This document shows, one piece after another, positions 39,649 through 49,912 of a stretch of DNA of 64,000 bases. Position 1 is the first letter of the stretch. Every line of letters begins with the position of its first letter. Origin of the DNA: Saprospirales bacterium (GTDB lineage: Bacteria; Bacteroidota; Bacteroidia; Chitinophagales; UBA8649); contig PAPS01000006.1 in the NCBI GenBank assembly GCA_002708985.1, positions 2,187 through 66,186 on the forward strand. The letters run 5' to 3'. Both the position numbers and the translations under genes were made by a program. The notes below the pieces were generated by a model that searched no databases, was not told where the DNA came from, and was given only the letters and a program-made list of their open reading frames with translations.

Positions 39649-40800
39649 CTAGAAACGGTCGATGAAGGTACGAGAATAATCTCGAATTTTCTGGACTTCA
39701 CGTGCATTTTTGCTTGAACCAAACGAATCCAGGTAATAATTACTGATATTAACCAAGTCTGTATGCCATCGATACTGTTGATTTTCTTCACTCAAAAGAG
39801 CCAATTCATAATGCGTTTGCACGTTGATATAGGAAGCCCTTTCCAACAATTCCTGACGCTGAGATTCATAGGACTCATTACCATCCATCCAAACCGCTTT
39901 TTCCAAGGACTGAATAGCTTCATTGACAGCGGGTACACGCTCATCAAGCGGTTTTGTGTAAATCATATTCACTGAGGCTGAAAGAACACCGAGCTTCGAT
40001 CTATAAATAAAATCATCACAAGTACTAAACTCTGGATGCTCTGGATAGAGCGTTTGAACAAGCTTCAACTTATCAATGGCAATTTTATAGCGTTCGCCCT
40101 GCTTATCGATAAAACTACGCTCCGCATATTTATAATATGACATCGCCGCTAAAAAGTATAAATCCGATGGATTTTCAATATCAGGAAACTCTAAAAATAG
40201 GTTTTCATAGGCAATGGCAGCCGCTCGGAAATCTCTTGTTCTATAGTACAAATTAGCTGCCTCTAAGGCCTTACGCTCCAATTTATCCCGTAGAAGATCA
40301 ATTCTATTATTACATAGCTCCACACGCTCACTAGTAGGATAAATATTGATGAAGTTCTGATAAGCTTGCAACGCCTCGTAGGTCGGCGTTTGATCTAAGG
40401 ACCACTTAGGACTTTGCGCATAGTAGGACTCCGCATGCATGAAAAGACTTTCTTCAGCGAACTCGCTTAAACTATGCTGATCATATAGCCTCTTGAAATG
40501 AAAGCCAGCCATAATGGCATTATCCATTTCATATTGTGCCTTGGCATAATAGAAGTAGATTTCAGCGCGCTTATCTGTGCCTCGATAGACGGGTAATAGC
40601 TCTTCAAACAAAGGAATAGCCTTGAAATATTGACCTTTTCCATAGTACGTCATGGCTAATGCTAACTTATCCTCAGGGGTTTTGCTCTCCAATGACTTTT
40701 TAGACAAAGCACAGGAGCTAGTTAACGTTAGAAGCACAAGAAACATCAAAGTAACGTGCGTCAATAAGGGACGATATGACCTAATATTTAGAGTTCCCAC
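39649..40800 (-). CDS. bamD: outer-membrane protein assembly factor BamD (TPR lipoprotein, long form)
   Basis: Lipobox 'LTSSC'. TPR-like 'YYGKGQYFKAIPLFEELL', 'AQYEM'. Synteny supports the call. Confidence 0.75.
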   Translation of the reverse strand: MGTLNIRSYRPLLTHVTLMFLVLLTLTSSCALSKKSLESKTPEDKLALAMTYYGKGQYFKAIPLFEELLPVYRGTDKRAEIYFYYAKAQYEMDNAIMAGFHFKRLYDQHSLSEFAEESLFMHAESYYAQSPKWSLDQTPTYEALQAYQNFINIYPTSERVELCNNRIDLLRDKLERKALEAANLYYRTRDFRAAAIAYENLFLEFPDIENPSDLYFLAAMSYYKYAERSFIDKQGERYKIAIDKLKLVQTLYPEHPEFSTCDDFIYRSKLGVLSASVNMIYTKPLDERVPAVNEAIQSLEKAVWMDGNESYESQRQELLERASYINVQTHYELALLSEENQQYRWHTDLVNISNYYLDSFGSSKNAREVQKIRDYSRTFIDRF

Positions 40801-41693
40801 TCGGCAATAATACGGAGAGCATTTTGAATCTCAATTTGATTTTTCTCACTCACAGGAATAAGAGGAAGACGAAGATGACCTTGAATAAGATCCATTGATT
40901 CCAGCGCACACTTAATTCCTCCAGGATTATTTTCCTCAAACAACGCCTCAAAAAATGGATTGAGTACGACTTGCAGCTTTTGCGCTTCATTAAGATCGTA
41001 GTTGAGCGCGGCCCGAACTAAATGTGTAAAAGACTTAGGAAAGGCGTTTGCTGCAACAGATATAACCCCTGTGGCACCCAAAGCAATGAGTGGTAAGGTG
41101 AGAAAATCATCTCCAGAAACAAGGGCAAAATTATCCGGGGCATGCGATATAATCCGCATCGCTTGAGATAAGTCACCGGATGCTTCTTTGATTCCAATGA
41201 ACTTTTTTGAAGCCTCTGCGAGCCGAAGCACCGTCGATGAATCCATGGATTGTCCAGTACGAGAAGGAACATTATACAAAATGATCGGCTTAGGACTCGC
41301 TTCTGCTATTGCCATGTAGTGGCGAAAAATTCCTTCTTGAGTAGGCTTATTGTAATGCGGACTACTTGACAGAAAACCAGCAACCCCCTCTTGATTTAAC
41401 AACGGAATTCGTTGGATCACCTCTTGTGTATTGTTGCCACCCAAACCAGCAAAAACAGGAATACGACCCTTGACAGCGCTAATTACTTTATTGAGCACAA
41501 CCTGCTGTTCATCCATGGATAAAGTAGCCGTTTCACCAGTTGTACCGAGTGCGACTAAGTAAGAACAACCCCCTGCAATGCAATGATTAACCAATTGATC
41601 GAGCGCGGAATAGTCGACCAGTCCATCCGCTGTAAACGGGGTAACTAAGGCCACGCCCACTCCTCTTAAGTCATTACTCGTACATTGTTCCAT
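40788..41693 (-). CDS. dapA: 4-hydroxy-tetrahydrodipicolinate synthase
   Basis: 'GVGVALVTPF', 'LGTTGE', and 'YNVPSRTG' motifs. The catalytic Lys is in 'GIKEASGD'. Confidence 0.93.
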   Translation of the reverse strand: MEQCTSNDLRGVGVALVTPFTADGLVDYSALDQLVNHCIAGGCSYLVALGTTGETATLSMDEQQVVLNKVISAVKGRIPVFAGLGGNNTQEVIQRIPLLNQEGVAGFLSSSPHYNKPTQEGIFRHYMAIAEASPKPIILYNVPSRTGQSMDSSTVLRLAEASKKFIGIKEASGDLSQAMRIISHAPDNFALVSGDDFLTLPLIALGATGVISVAANAFPKSFTHLVRAALNYDLNEAQKLQVVLNPFFEALFEENNPGGIKCALESMDLIQGHLRLPLIPVSEKNQIEIQNALRIIAEWEL

Positions 41694-41703
41694 GGTAATC
41701 TTT

Positions 41704-42696
41704 TCAAGCGTTGGCTTCTACAGAGCCTGTGTTTTCCACTTCAATAAAACTGCCTATCGCTTCGTACTTAGCATAGCGATGCGTTTTTCGTTCTTCCGGC
41801 GTCATTTCTCTCAACTGATTTAAACAGCGTTTGATTTGTCGCTTTACATTTTTAAAAGTTGCCTCTCGATTTCTGTGCGCTCCGCTTGGTCCTTCTTTGA
41901 TAATGGTGTCTACAATCTTCAAGCGTTGCATGTCATGGGCGGTAAGCTTTAGCGCCTCGGCGGCCTTTTCCTTATGCTCCGCAGATCGCCATAAGATAGT
42001 GGAGCAACTCTCCGGGCTAATCACCGTAAACCAAGTGTTTTCAAGCATCATTATTCGATCGCCCACTCCAATACCGATAGCTCCTCCTGACGCTCCTTCA
42101 CCAATAATTATTGAGATAATAGGTACGCTGAGATTCAGCATTTCCTGCAAATTCTTAGCGATAGATTCAGCTTGGCCTCTTTCTTCCGCTCCGATACCTG
42201 GATAAGCACCTGGAGTATCAATCAACGTAATAATCGGCCGATTAAACTTCTCTGCGAGTTTCATCAATCGTAATGCCTTTCGATATCCTTCGGGCTTCGC
42301 CATTCCGAAATTGTGAAATTGTCGCTCCTTAGTGTTCGAGCCTTTTTCCTGACCGATAACCATTACAGGATCACCGTCTAACAGAGCAAAACCACCCACC
42401 ATCGCTTTGTCATCGCCAAACTGTCGATCTCCGTGAAGCTCACAGAAATCCTGAAATAGGTTCTTAGCATACTCGAGTGTTTTTGGACGGTCAGGATGGC
42501 GGGATAACTGAACGCGCTGCCATGGAGATAGGTGATCGAAAATGGCTTTCTGCATCTGATCAATCTGCTTATCTAATTGGGCAAGCTCTTTGTCAACATC
42601 TTTCCCTTCGTTTTGACGATCTATTAATTCTTCACGCAGGTTATCGAGTTTACGCAGAGATTCCTCGAAATCTAAGTAAGTACGCTTTTTAGCCAT
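41704..42696 (-). CDS. accA: acetyl-CoA carboxylase carboxyltransferase alpha subunit
   Basis: 'RHPDRPKTLEY', 'ITLIDTPGAYPGIGAEERGQ', 'IIGEGASGGA'. Confidence 0.95.
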   Translation of the reverse strand: MAKKRTYLDFEESLRKLDNLREELIDRQNEGKDVDKELAQLDKQIDQMQKAIFDHLSPWQRVQLSRHPDRPKTLEYAKNLFQDFCELHGDRQFGDDKAMVGGFALLDGDPVMVIGQEKGSNTKERQFHNFGMAKPEGYRKALRLMKLAEKFNRPIITLIDTPGAYPGIGAEERGQAESIAKNLQEMLNLSVPIISIIIGEGASGGAIGIGVGDRIMMLENTWFTVISPESCSTILWRSAEHKEKAAEALKLTAHDMQRLKIVDTIIKEGPSGAHRNREATFKNVKRQIKRCLNQLREMTPEERKTHRYAKYEAIGSFIEVENTGSVEANA

Positions 42697-42978
42697 AGCT
42701 CGAAACTACAAATTCAACGAGAAAAGGAATTATTTTCTTATCACAATTCATCGACAATGTTTGTAACAAGTAAACTTGCCTCAATATGAAAGGTTTTAGG
42801 CGACAATAAATTTGTATCAATTAGATTGCAATAGAGCACCAAACAACTTCTCGACTCATCGAGTGTACGAATCCATCTTAATAGCCTTAACCATTCACTT
42901 TATTTTCTTCATTGTAGTCGAAGATTAAGTAACTGTTGATTTTGCATATCTTTCTATTCGTTACACAAAAGAACTGCT

Positions 42979-43782
42979 ATGCGTTTTTACAGTAAAGACC
43001 AACTTGTTAAATATGCCTTTTGGGCAATCTTCGGCATATTATTCAACGCACAAGTGTTTGGACAATCTCCCATAGATACCGATCGACCAACGCAATCCGA
43101 GAGTGCAGTTGTTTTACCTAAGAACATTTTTCAAGTTGAATCAGGTCTTGGTATAAGCTATAGCGGTGACGCCAACCAAAGAATACGAGAAATCTCCATA
43201 CCCAATGTTCTCATGCGATTGAACATAGTAAAGGGTGTTGAGTTGCGTCTGATTACAAACCACTTACAACAATATCGCCCAAGTAGCGATCAAAAAAGAG
43301 CAGGCATAGCAGACTGGCAAGTTGGAAGTAAAATCCAACTTTTTTCATCGCCAAAAGCCCAAATGGCTTTCTCTACCCACGTCATCTTTCCAACCGGCAG
43401 TGGACGCTTATCCAATGGTCAAATTGGAAGTCTAAATCGAGTGTTATTTACTCATCCTATTGGCGCAAAACAAAGCATCAGTTACAATATTGGGTATAAT
43501 AATTATGGTACAGGGAGTGGAGACCTTATCTACACCCTTGCCCTAACTCGTCAAGTCAATGACAAGCTTGTGGTCTTCATAGAGCCCTATGGTGACTGGC
43601 AGGAGTTTTCCAACGCAGAAGTTAGTCTTAACGCAGGATTTTTATATCGTATGAAAAATCATCTCCAATGGGACTTTTCCCTTGGCACCGGATTGAACCA
43701 CACCATGAATTTCTTTTCTACTGGAATTAGCTGGATGCTCAGTCCATCTGAGAAGGAGTCCTCTCGAACCTACAGTGAATAG
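42979..43782 (+). CDS. outer-membrane beta-barrel transporter (MetA-pathway/phenol-degradation-like family)
   Basis: Signal peptide, then 'IDTDRPTQSESAVVLPKNIFQVESG', characteristic of this family. Confidence 0.65.
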   Translation: MRFYSKDQLVKYAFWAIFGILFNAQVFGQSPIDTDRPTQSESAVVLPKNIFQVESGLGISYSGDANQRIREISIPNVLMRLNIVKGVELRLITNHLQQYRPSSDQKRAGIADWQVGSKIQLFSSPKAQMAFSTHVIFPTGSGRLSNGQIGSLNRVLFTHPIGAKQSISYNIGYNNYGTGSGDLIYTLALTRQVNDKLVVFIEPYGDWQEFSNAEVSLNAGFLYRMKNHLQWDFSLGTGLNHTMNFFSTGISWMLSPSEKESSRTYSE

Positions 43783-43852
43783 CGTTAACGGAGAAACTGC
43801 AGGAAACTAAGAAAGCCCTCTACCTAGCGCCCTTGACACGAAAAACATAGAT

Positions 43853-44842
43853 TTAGCTGCGCTTCGTACGGTTGTATAGTGTTATATCTGGCGAAAACAA
43901 AAACTTAAGGATAACCCCAGTCCAGCTTTTGTAGCTGTGTAAGTTATTATAATATTCAGGAGCTATTTTTCGAAGCATCGGAAGGCGACTTCCAGGAATA
44001 TTAGGAAAATCATGATGCTCATTGTGATAACCAACATTGTAGGTTACCAAATTGAGTGGGCCATAGTAAGAGTAAGTCTCCTGTCCCTCATGAAAAACAT
44101 AATGCTCTGAGATAAAGTGCCCAGAAGTTGGGTGCAAACTACCTGCTAGAACGAGTGAGAGTAAAAGATAGCCTAAACCCGGTAGGCCGGCAAAATAAAT
44201 GATTGGAATCATCACGATAACCTGAAAGACGATATTCATAATTACCCACTTATCGAATGGCACTTTCTTTACGAACATTGGTCTTAATGCATAAAAGAAT
44301 ATTTGGTGCATAAACCATAACACCTTCCCTATAAACCCTCTAAAGAAATTTGCTTCACTCGGCAAGGGAATATCACTATCCACCCCATCTTTTCCCTGCT
44401 CCCAATGGTGCTCGTGGTGGTAAAATTTAAATCCCATGGCATAAGGAACTACGATTGGAATATTTGCAATGTAGGCTAAGTAGTTGTTTAACACAGGCTT
44501 TTTAAAAGCAAGGTTGTGTGTAATCTCATGGATTGCCAAGAAGAGTGCGTGAGAAATCGTAGCACCCACTAAGTACGTCAAGCCAAGGAAAACGTACCAG
44601 GGCACATTGTATTGGCCAAGAAAGATGGCCACGCCAACCTGAATGCTAACCAAAATCAATACGGAATACTTCATCCAAGGGTTGATTCCGAATAGCTTCT
44701 TAATCTCAGGATGATCCTTAAGAATAGCTCGGCGTCTACCAATATGTGGTTCCGGCTCTTCAGTCCAATAATAATCTGTTCGTTTTGCACCCATTAACTT
44801 GTGATTGCGGCGTAAAGGTACGACGTCCAATCGCACATCCAT
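43853..44842 (-). CDS. sphingolipid delta-4 desaturase (DEGS/DES1-like dihydroceramide desaturase)
   Basis: Three His boxes: 'HEITHN', 'HHEHH', 'HNEHHDFPNIPG'. N-terminal Lipid_DES-like 'YYWTEEPEPHIGRRRAILKDHPEIKKL'. Collinear with animal DEGS1 as I recall it. Start may be M at 44794. Confidence 0.85.
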   Translation of the reverse strand: MDVRLDVVPLRRNHKLMGAKRTDYYWTEEPEPHIGRRRAILKDHPEIKKLFGINPWMKYSVLILVSIQVGVAIFLGQYNVPWYVFLGLTYLVGATISHALFLAIHEITHNLAFKKPVLNNYLAYIANIPIVVPYAMGFKFYHHEHHWEQGKDGVDSDIPLPSEANFFRGFIGKVLWFMHQIFFYALRPMFVKKVPFDKWVIMNIVFQVIVMIPIIYFAGLPGLGYLLLSLVLAGSLHPTSGHFISEHYVFHEGQETYSYYGPLNLVTYNVGYHNEHHDFPNIPGSRLPMLRKIAPEYYNNLHSYKSWTGVILKFLFSPDITLYNRTKRS

Positions 44843-44945
44843 ATTTTCTCTGTCATTTATGCAATTTAAATGGTTCTAAGGACTATGATTAAAAGCTTCT
44901 CTTCCCTCTCATTAATCTAGTCATTGCAATAGTTACTTTTGCACT

Positions 44946-46973
44946 ATGTCGAAGACGAAGAATACATCCAAGTTTTCCAATTTAGAGGAATACTTAACCA
45001 CGATTCTTGTGCGGCTTGTGCAGGCAGAAAATGAGTTTGAAATTATTCGTTTACTCAATTCCGTCTTCGATCATTTCCCTCAGATTAAATATGTAGGACT
45101 ATACCTTAAGGATGAAATTGAGGAAGACCGACTCTACATGCCTTTTGCCTACGGTTTCGAAATAGAGGAGGCTCGCTCGGCCAACCAATCGGCAGAAGAT
45201 AGACATCCTGGTTTTGTGATGCGAAATCAGGAAACCCTACATATACCCGATACGAAAAAGTATCAAGGCCTATCCAAGTCAGAGCTTGGAAGAAAGACCG
45301 AGGTAAAGTCAAGGCTTTGGATTCCACTGCTAGATCGAGCTCAATGTTTTGGATCGGTTGGCGCAGCATCGAACGAAGTCAATGCCTTTGATCAAGAATT
45401 CATTGATTTTTTCTCTAAACTCGGCACCATCTTTGGAACGGCCTTTCGCCATCAAATGCATAAACATGTACTGATGACAAGAGAGAGCAGCTACCGTCAT
45501 TTAGTAGATGAGAGCTACGACCTAATTATGGTGGTCGATGACTCGTTTAACCTGCTTTTTTGTAACGCCGCATGGATGGATACGATGCGATACAGCCAAG
45601 AGGAAATTGATGCGATGAACTTTAAAGATATCTTAGTTAAAGATTCCGAATATCAATCCATCATTGATTTATTGGTAAGCATGATGGATCGTGCGGATTT
45701 CTCAAGGCATGAAATCAACTTTACATTAAATTCTAAGTTTGGAGAGTCCATTTTTCTAGAAGGAATTGGCGTTACCTATGCTACCGAGAATTACAGGGCA
45801 ATAGAGTTTGTTGTAAAAAATATTACCACGCAGGTATTGACCGAAAAGCGCATTCAGAACTTAGCGCGTTTTCCTATGGAGAACCCCAATCCCGTGCTGC
45901 GCTTGTCATTTAAAAACAAAATGCTGTTTTATAATGACGCAGGAGAGCGCATTATCAACCAACTTGAGCAAGAAAGTAGAACGGGCGATCAGAGCCCCTT
46001 TGGTCCCATCATCGAACAGTGCATTGAAAAAGGGTTTGTCGTAGAAGACCTATCGATTGGGAATCAAATCTTTTCTTTTTCGGCTATCGCTATCCACAGT
46101 GAGCGTTATGTTAACTTCTACGGACGAGATGTTACAGAACGCGTTGAAACAGAACGAAAACTTGAAATAGAGCGGGACAAACTTCAAACTATGACCGATG
46201 AGGTGAACGCACTGAATGATACGTTAGCCAACCAACTTACGCTCATCTCCAATAACTTAAAGGAGACAGGGAAAGAACAAAATCAGTTATCGCTCCTCTT
46301 TGGGCATGACCTTAAATCACCAGCTCGACAAGTAAGTACCATGTCCTCGCTGCTGAAGCGATACCTTAAAGAAGAACCGCACGCTAACCCAAGAATAGAA
46401 CAAATAACCAACCATCTCTTTGAATCCTCTGCTCGCTTGGAAGCGATGATGACCGGGCTTCAAAAGTTTACTGGGATTAATCAAGATAAAATCGAGTTGA
46501 TCGAATTTGATGTCTTGGAAACCATGAAATCCATTGCACACTTGCTTGTACAGGGTGATGCTACCTTTGAAAAGCATCAAATTGTTTGGATTCATGAAGA
46601 GGTAGGCTACGCCATTATATCCGATAACAGTATGTTCTCCCTGATGATTCAAAACCTACTCTCCAACGCCCTGAAATACAGTGCGGAGGAAGCGAATCCA
46701 AAGGTCACCATCGAAACAAAAAAAATCGGGAAGTTTTTTGAAATCACCATTCGGGATAATGGTATTGGATTTGCCCCTGCCTCGAAAGAAAAGTTATTCA
46801 ACATGTTCTATCGAGAAAAACGAGGGAATTTTCAAGGAACTGGGGTCGGACTCGCTTCGGCACTAAAAATTGCAGATGTTCTCAACGCATTTATCCAGGC
46901 GGACGGTAAGGAAGGAGAAGGGGCTTGCTTTACCCTCACAATACCCCTTACACTTAGTCCAAAATCATCATGA
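44946..46973 (+). CDS. cytoplasmic sensor histidine kinase (GAF-PAS-HisKA-HATPase), no adjacent response regulator
   Basis: H-box 'FGHDLKSPARQV'. N/G boxes 'LLSNALKYS', 'DNGIGF', 'GTGVGLA'. No TM helices seen. Confidence 0.85.
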   Translation: MSKTKNTSKFSNLEEYLTTILVRLVQAENEFEIIRLLNSVFDHFPQIKYVGLYLKDEIEEDRLYMPFAYGFEIEEARSANQSAEDRHPGFVMRNQETLHIPDTKKYQGLSKSELGRKTEVKSRLWIPLLDRAQCFGSVGAASNEVNAFDQEFIDFFSKLGTIFGTAFRHQMHKHVLMTRESSYRHLVDESYDLIMVVDDSFNLLFCNAAWMDTMRYSQEEIDAMNFKDILVKDSEYQSIIDLLVSMMDRADFSRHEINFTLNSKFGESIFLEGIGVTYATENYRAIEFVVKNITTQVLTEKRIQNLARFPMENPNPVLRLSFKNKMLFYNDAGERIINQLEQESRTGDQSPFGPIIEQCIEKGFVVEDLSIGNQIFSFSAIAIHSERYVNFYGRDVTERVETERKLEIERDKLQTMTDEVNALNDTLANQLTLISNNLKETGKEQNQLSLLFGHDLKSPARQVSTMSSLLKRYLKEEPHANPRIEQITNHLFESSARLEAMMTGLQKFTGINQDKIELIEFDVLETMKSIAHLLVQGDATFEKHQIVWIHEEVGYAIISDNSMFSLMIQNLLSNALKYSAEEANPKVTIETKKIGKFFEITIRDNGIGFAPASKEKLFNMFYREKRGNFQGTGVGLASALKIADVLNAFIQADGKEGEGACFTLTIPLTLSPKSS

Positions 46974-47836
46974 ATACAACATTCCAAAGGGCTTTAATTG
47001 GATTAATAGGCCTACTTACATTCTCTACGTACGGCCAAGTTTACAAGGTAACCAATGCTTCAACCCATGAAGCCTTTTACCTTGCCGGCAGTATCCATGT
47101 TTTGCGCTCCTCCGATCAACCAATACCTCGTGAATTTTATGAGGCTCTAGACCAATCCGATCTATTAGTTATTGAAGCCGATCTCTCTAACCTTGAAATA
47201 AGTTACTCTATTTTAAGCAAGGGGATTTATCCTAGTGATTCGAGTTTGTTAGATGTAATACCGAAAAAACTGGCAAATAGAATTACCAAATATTGTGACT
47301 CGACCATGCTAAGGGCCTTTCCTTATTTAAATTTTAAGCCCGGTTTATTAGATGCTTTTATGGAAGCTATGGTTTTACAAGACAATGGATTTAACAGCCT
47401 AGGAGTAGAACAGATTTTATTGGATTATAATGCAGAAAATCGACAAATTACTCTGCATTATCTTGAGTCGGTAGAGGAGCAAATCCTTATGATTTCAAAA
47501 TTGGGAAGTAAAAGGCCAAAAAAATACCTCAAAAAATCACTGCGAAAAGGGCTAAATATTGAAACTTATATCAAAGCGACCGTAGCGGCATGGAAAACGG
47601 GTAATTCAAGATTTTTTAACCGCACTGTTCGAGCCTTAGCAAGAGAAAGTGCTTCGGATTACAACCTGATACTTGCTGATCGAAACAAATCATGGATTGA
47701 GCACGATATTCTTCCTTTAGCACAAGAAGGTTTAAAGCCTTTTGTTGTTGTGGGCGCAATGCATCTATATGGAAAAGATGGCCTGATAAAATCCCTTGCT
47801 AAAAGAGGGTTCATTGTCACTGAATTCAGATCGTAA
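46970..47836 (+). CDS. TraB/GumN-family protein
   Basis: Signal peptide. 'FYLAGSIHVLR' and 'FVVVGAMHLYGKDGL' match TraB/GumN conserved blocks. ATGA overlap with the kinase gene. Confidence 0.75.
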   Translation: MNTTFQRALIGLIGLLTFSTYGQVYKVTNASTHEAFYLAGSIHVLRSSDQPIPREFYEALDQSDLLVIEADLSNLEISYSILSKGIYPSDSSLLDVIPKKLANRITKYCDSTMLRAFPYLNFKPGLLDAFMEAMVLQDNGFNSLGVEQILLDYNAENRQITLHYLESVEEQILMISKLGSKRPKKYLKKSLRKGLNIETYIKATVAAWKTGNSRFFNRTVRALARESASDYNLILADRNKSWIEHDILPLAQEGLKPFVVVGAMHLYGKDGLIKSLAKRGFIVTEFRS

Positions 47837-47926
47837 AAGCCTTCTAGAGTTCTTTAATATCTGCCTTTCCCGTGCCGGATATGTTACGATTAAATCTATA
47901 TGACGTATACTTAGGTTGAGTTTGGT

Positions 47927-49105
47927 ATGAAATTGGTTAATTCAATTCTATCCAAAAGAATTCTCGATATGAAAGAGAATACAAAACATAGCGCGCTAAT
48001 ACTCTGTATCATTATAACCCTTGGTGCTGGGATACATAGAGTCCTTGCCCAAACTAGTATACTAGATCAAGCTAAGCAGGCCATAGAAGATATGCAGTAC
48101 TCCGAGGCGCTCAAGCTACTCGATTCCTCCTTGGCGATTCATCCCACATGGGAAGAACACTACTTTTATCGCAGTGTAGTACTTCAAAAGCTTCGACGCT
48201 ATGAGGAATCATTAGAGGATATCAATACCTTTTTAACGATTCATCCAAAAAATGCAGAGGCTGTCCATAACAAAGCCACCATCCTGTCTGATTTACGGCA
48301 ATTCCAGGAATCATTGATTTTCCACCAAAAGGCCATTGAATTAAAGCCTAATGAAGCTCAATACTACGCAACAGCTGGCATAGCTGCCTTTGACCTTAAA
48401 CAATTTGATCTAGCAGAAATATATCTCAAAGAGTCCATAGGGATAAATCCCAATGTCGCCATCTCCCATAGCTATCTAGGATTGATGTATATACTACAAC
48501 AAAGGCTGGCAGAGGCTCGCCACCCCCTTGACCTTGCCCTTGCAATCGATCCAGATAACTACCATGCTAACTTTCATCGTGGGCTATACTATCGACTTTC
48601 GGGATTTCCTGATTCAGCACTTTTTGATTACCAAAGAGCCCTAGCAATCAAACCAAACGATTACAAACTTCACTTAAATATTTGCATTGCTTATTTAGAT
48701 ATGAAAATGTATGAATCGGCCTTAGCAAGTTGCAATCAATCCATCGCACTCAACGGAACTCTTGCCGAACAATATGTTAATCGAGGGGTAGCCTATCTCA
48801 ATTTGGAAAGGTATACCGAAGCGCTTGTTGATTTTGATTATGCCCTGAGTATTAGACCAGACAATGTCCGTGCTCAATTATGTAGAGCAAAAGTTTTTTA
48901 TAAAACCAATCAAAAGAATAAGGCAATCGAGGCGGCAGGTAAGGCAATCAATATGAGGCCTGATTTTGCCGATGCCCATCATTTGTATGGAATCTTACTT
49001 ATTACTAAAGGAAGAAAGAAAGATGGCTGTCGCCACGTAGAGATTGCTTGTGAGCTACATGACTCCTATGCCTGCCAGACATTAGGAAATATCTGTAAAA
49101 AGTAA
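47927..49105 (+). CDS. tetratricopeptide-repeat protein
   Basis: About nine 34-aa TPR units ('A...Y..AL.I.P.N'). Confidence 0.8.
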   Translation: MKLVNSILSKRILDMKENTKHSALILCIIITLGAGIHRVLAQTSILDQAKQAIEDMQYSEALKLLDSSLAIHPTWEEHYFYRSVVLQKLRRYEESLEDINTFLTIHPKNAEAVHNKATILSDLRQFQESLIFHQKAIELKPNEAQYYATAGIAAFDLKQFDLAEIYLKESIGINPNVAISHSYLGLMYILQQRLAEARHPLDLALAIDPDNYHANFHRGLYYRLSGFPDSALFDYQRALAIKPNDYKLHLNICIAYLDMKMYESALASCNQSIALNGTLAEQYVNRGVAYLNLERYTEALVDFDYALSIRPDNVRAQLCRAKVFYKTNQKNKAIEAAGKAINMRPDFADAHHLYGILLITKGRKKDGCRHVEIACELHDSYACQTLGNICKK

Positions 49106-49912
49106 TTAGGCGTTTTTATCATATTGACGGCGCAGCGCATTCCACATTGGTCGATAGGCTTCTTCTACTCGCCGAAGGTCGTTAGAAGAAATCAACTCTT
49201 GGCTAGACCGACTCAACTGAGCTATGAATAATAGACTGTATCGTAAACTAGCTCGTATGATTCTCGTGGAAAAGGCAATAGGGTTAAACTCCTGACGAGA
49301 TCTCTTTCGCAGATCAATAAACGCTGCTATTCGTTGTAGAAAAAGAAGTTGCCTATCCGTGTAGGAAGCATGCTTGGTCTTGAGATTTAATTTGGGCCAG
49401 TCCATTCTGGCTGATAAAAGACGTACCCAAGTTTCTAGATAACCGTTGAGGTCTGCCTTCATATCTTCGTAGAAAAAGACAGTTACTGGTTGTGAAAAGA
49501 GCTGAGAGAGCATTGTAATTTGCTTGTCGAACTGTAAATCGCTTTGCTTAAAATGCCCCATATCTTGATCAAGATCGAAGAAACTCTTAAAATCTCCTCG
49601 AAATCCATTTTTCACCGCTCGGCGGTATTGCGAAGCGATGTAACTATCAGGTCTTCGCAAAACGATTATGGGCCGTGCTTCGGGAAATGATTCAGCGAAC
49701 TTATGGGCCTCCACTTCCAGTTGCTGATCAAATTCTCTAGAGACTAAAATCGCAGAAGACGGATGATTGGCAATAAATGATTGTACACCATGAAATCGAT
49801 TTCGAGGAAGGTATTCAATGTCCATTAACCTCGGAAAAAAGCGATCTTGTAAAAAAGTCGATCCTGTTTTTCCCAAACCCACGTGAAAATAGATACGTTG
49901 CTCGGAAGTCAT
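49106..49912 (-). CDS. sulfotransferase-like P-loop protein
   Basis: N-terminal 'YFHVGLGKTGSTFLQ' resembles the PAPS-binding 5'-PSB loop of bacterial sulfotransferases. Weak call. Confidence 0.45.
   Translation of the reverse strand: MTSEQRIYFHVGLGKTGSTFLQDRFFPRLMDIEYLPRNRFHGVQSFIANHPSSAILVSREFDQQLEVEAHKFAESFPEARPIIVLRRPDSYIASQYRRAVKNGFRGDFKSFFDLDQDMGHFKQSDLQFDKQITMLSQLFSQPVTVFFYEDMKADLNGYLETWVRLLSARMDWPKLNLKTKHASYTDRQLLFLQRIAAFIDLRKRSRQEFNPIAFSTRIIRASLRYSLLFIAQLSRSSQELISSNDLRRVEEAYRPMWNALRRQYDKNA

Noticed and set aside
42697-42978. 282-bp divergent intergenic region upstream of accA and the porin gene, considered as a possible riboswitch or oriC
   Set aside because: There is only a short hairpin (CTCGA-CTCA-TCGAG) and a degenerate TTATCACAA. 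I recognised no riboswitch core motif. It is most simply a pair of divergent promoters.
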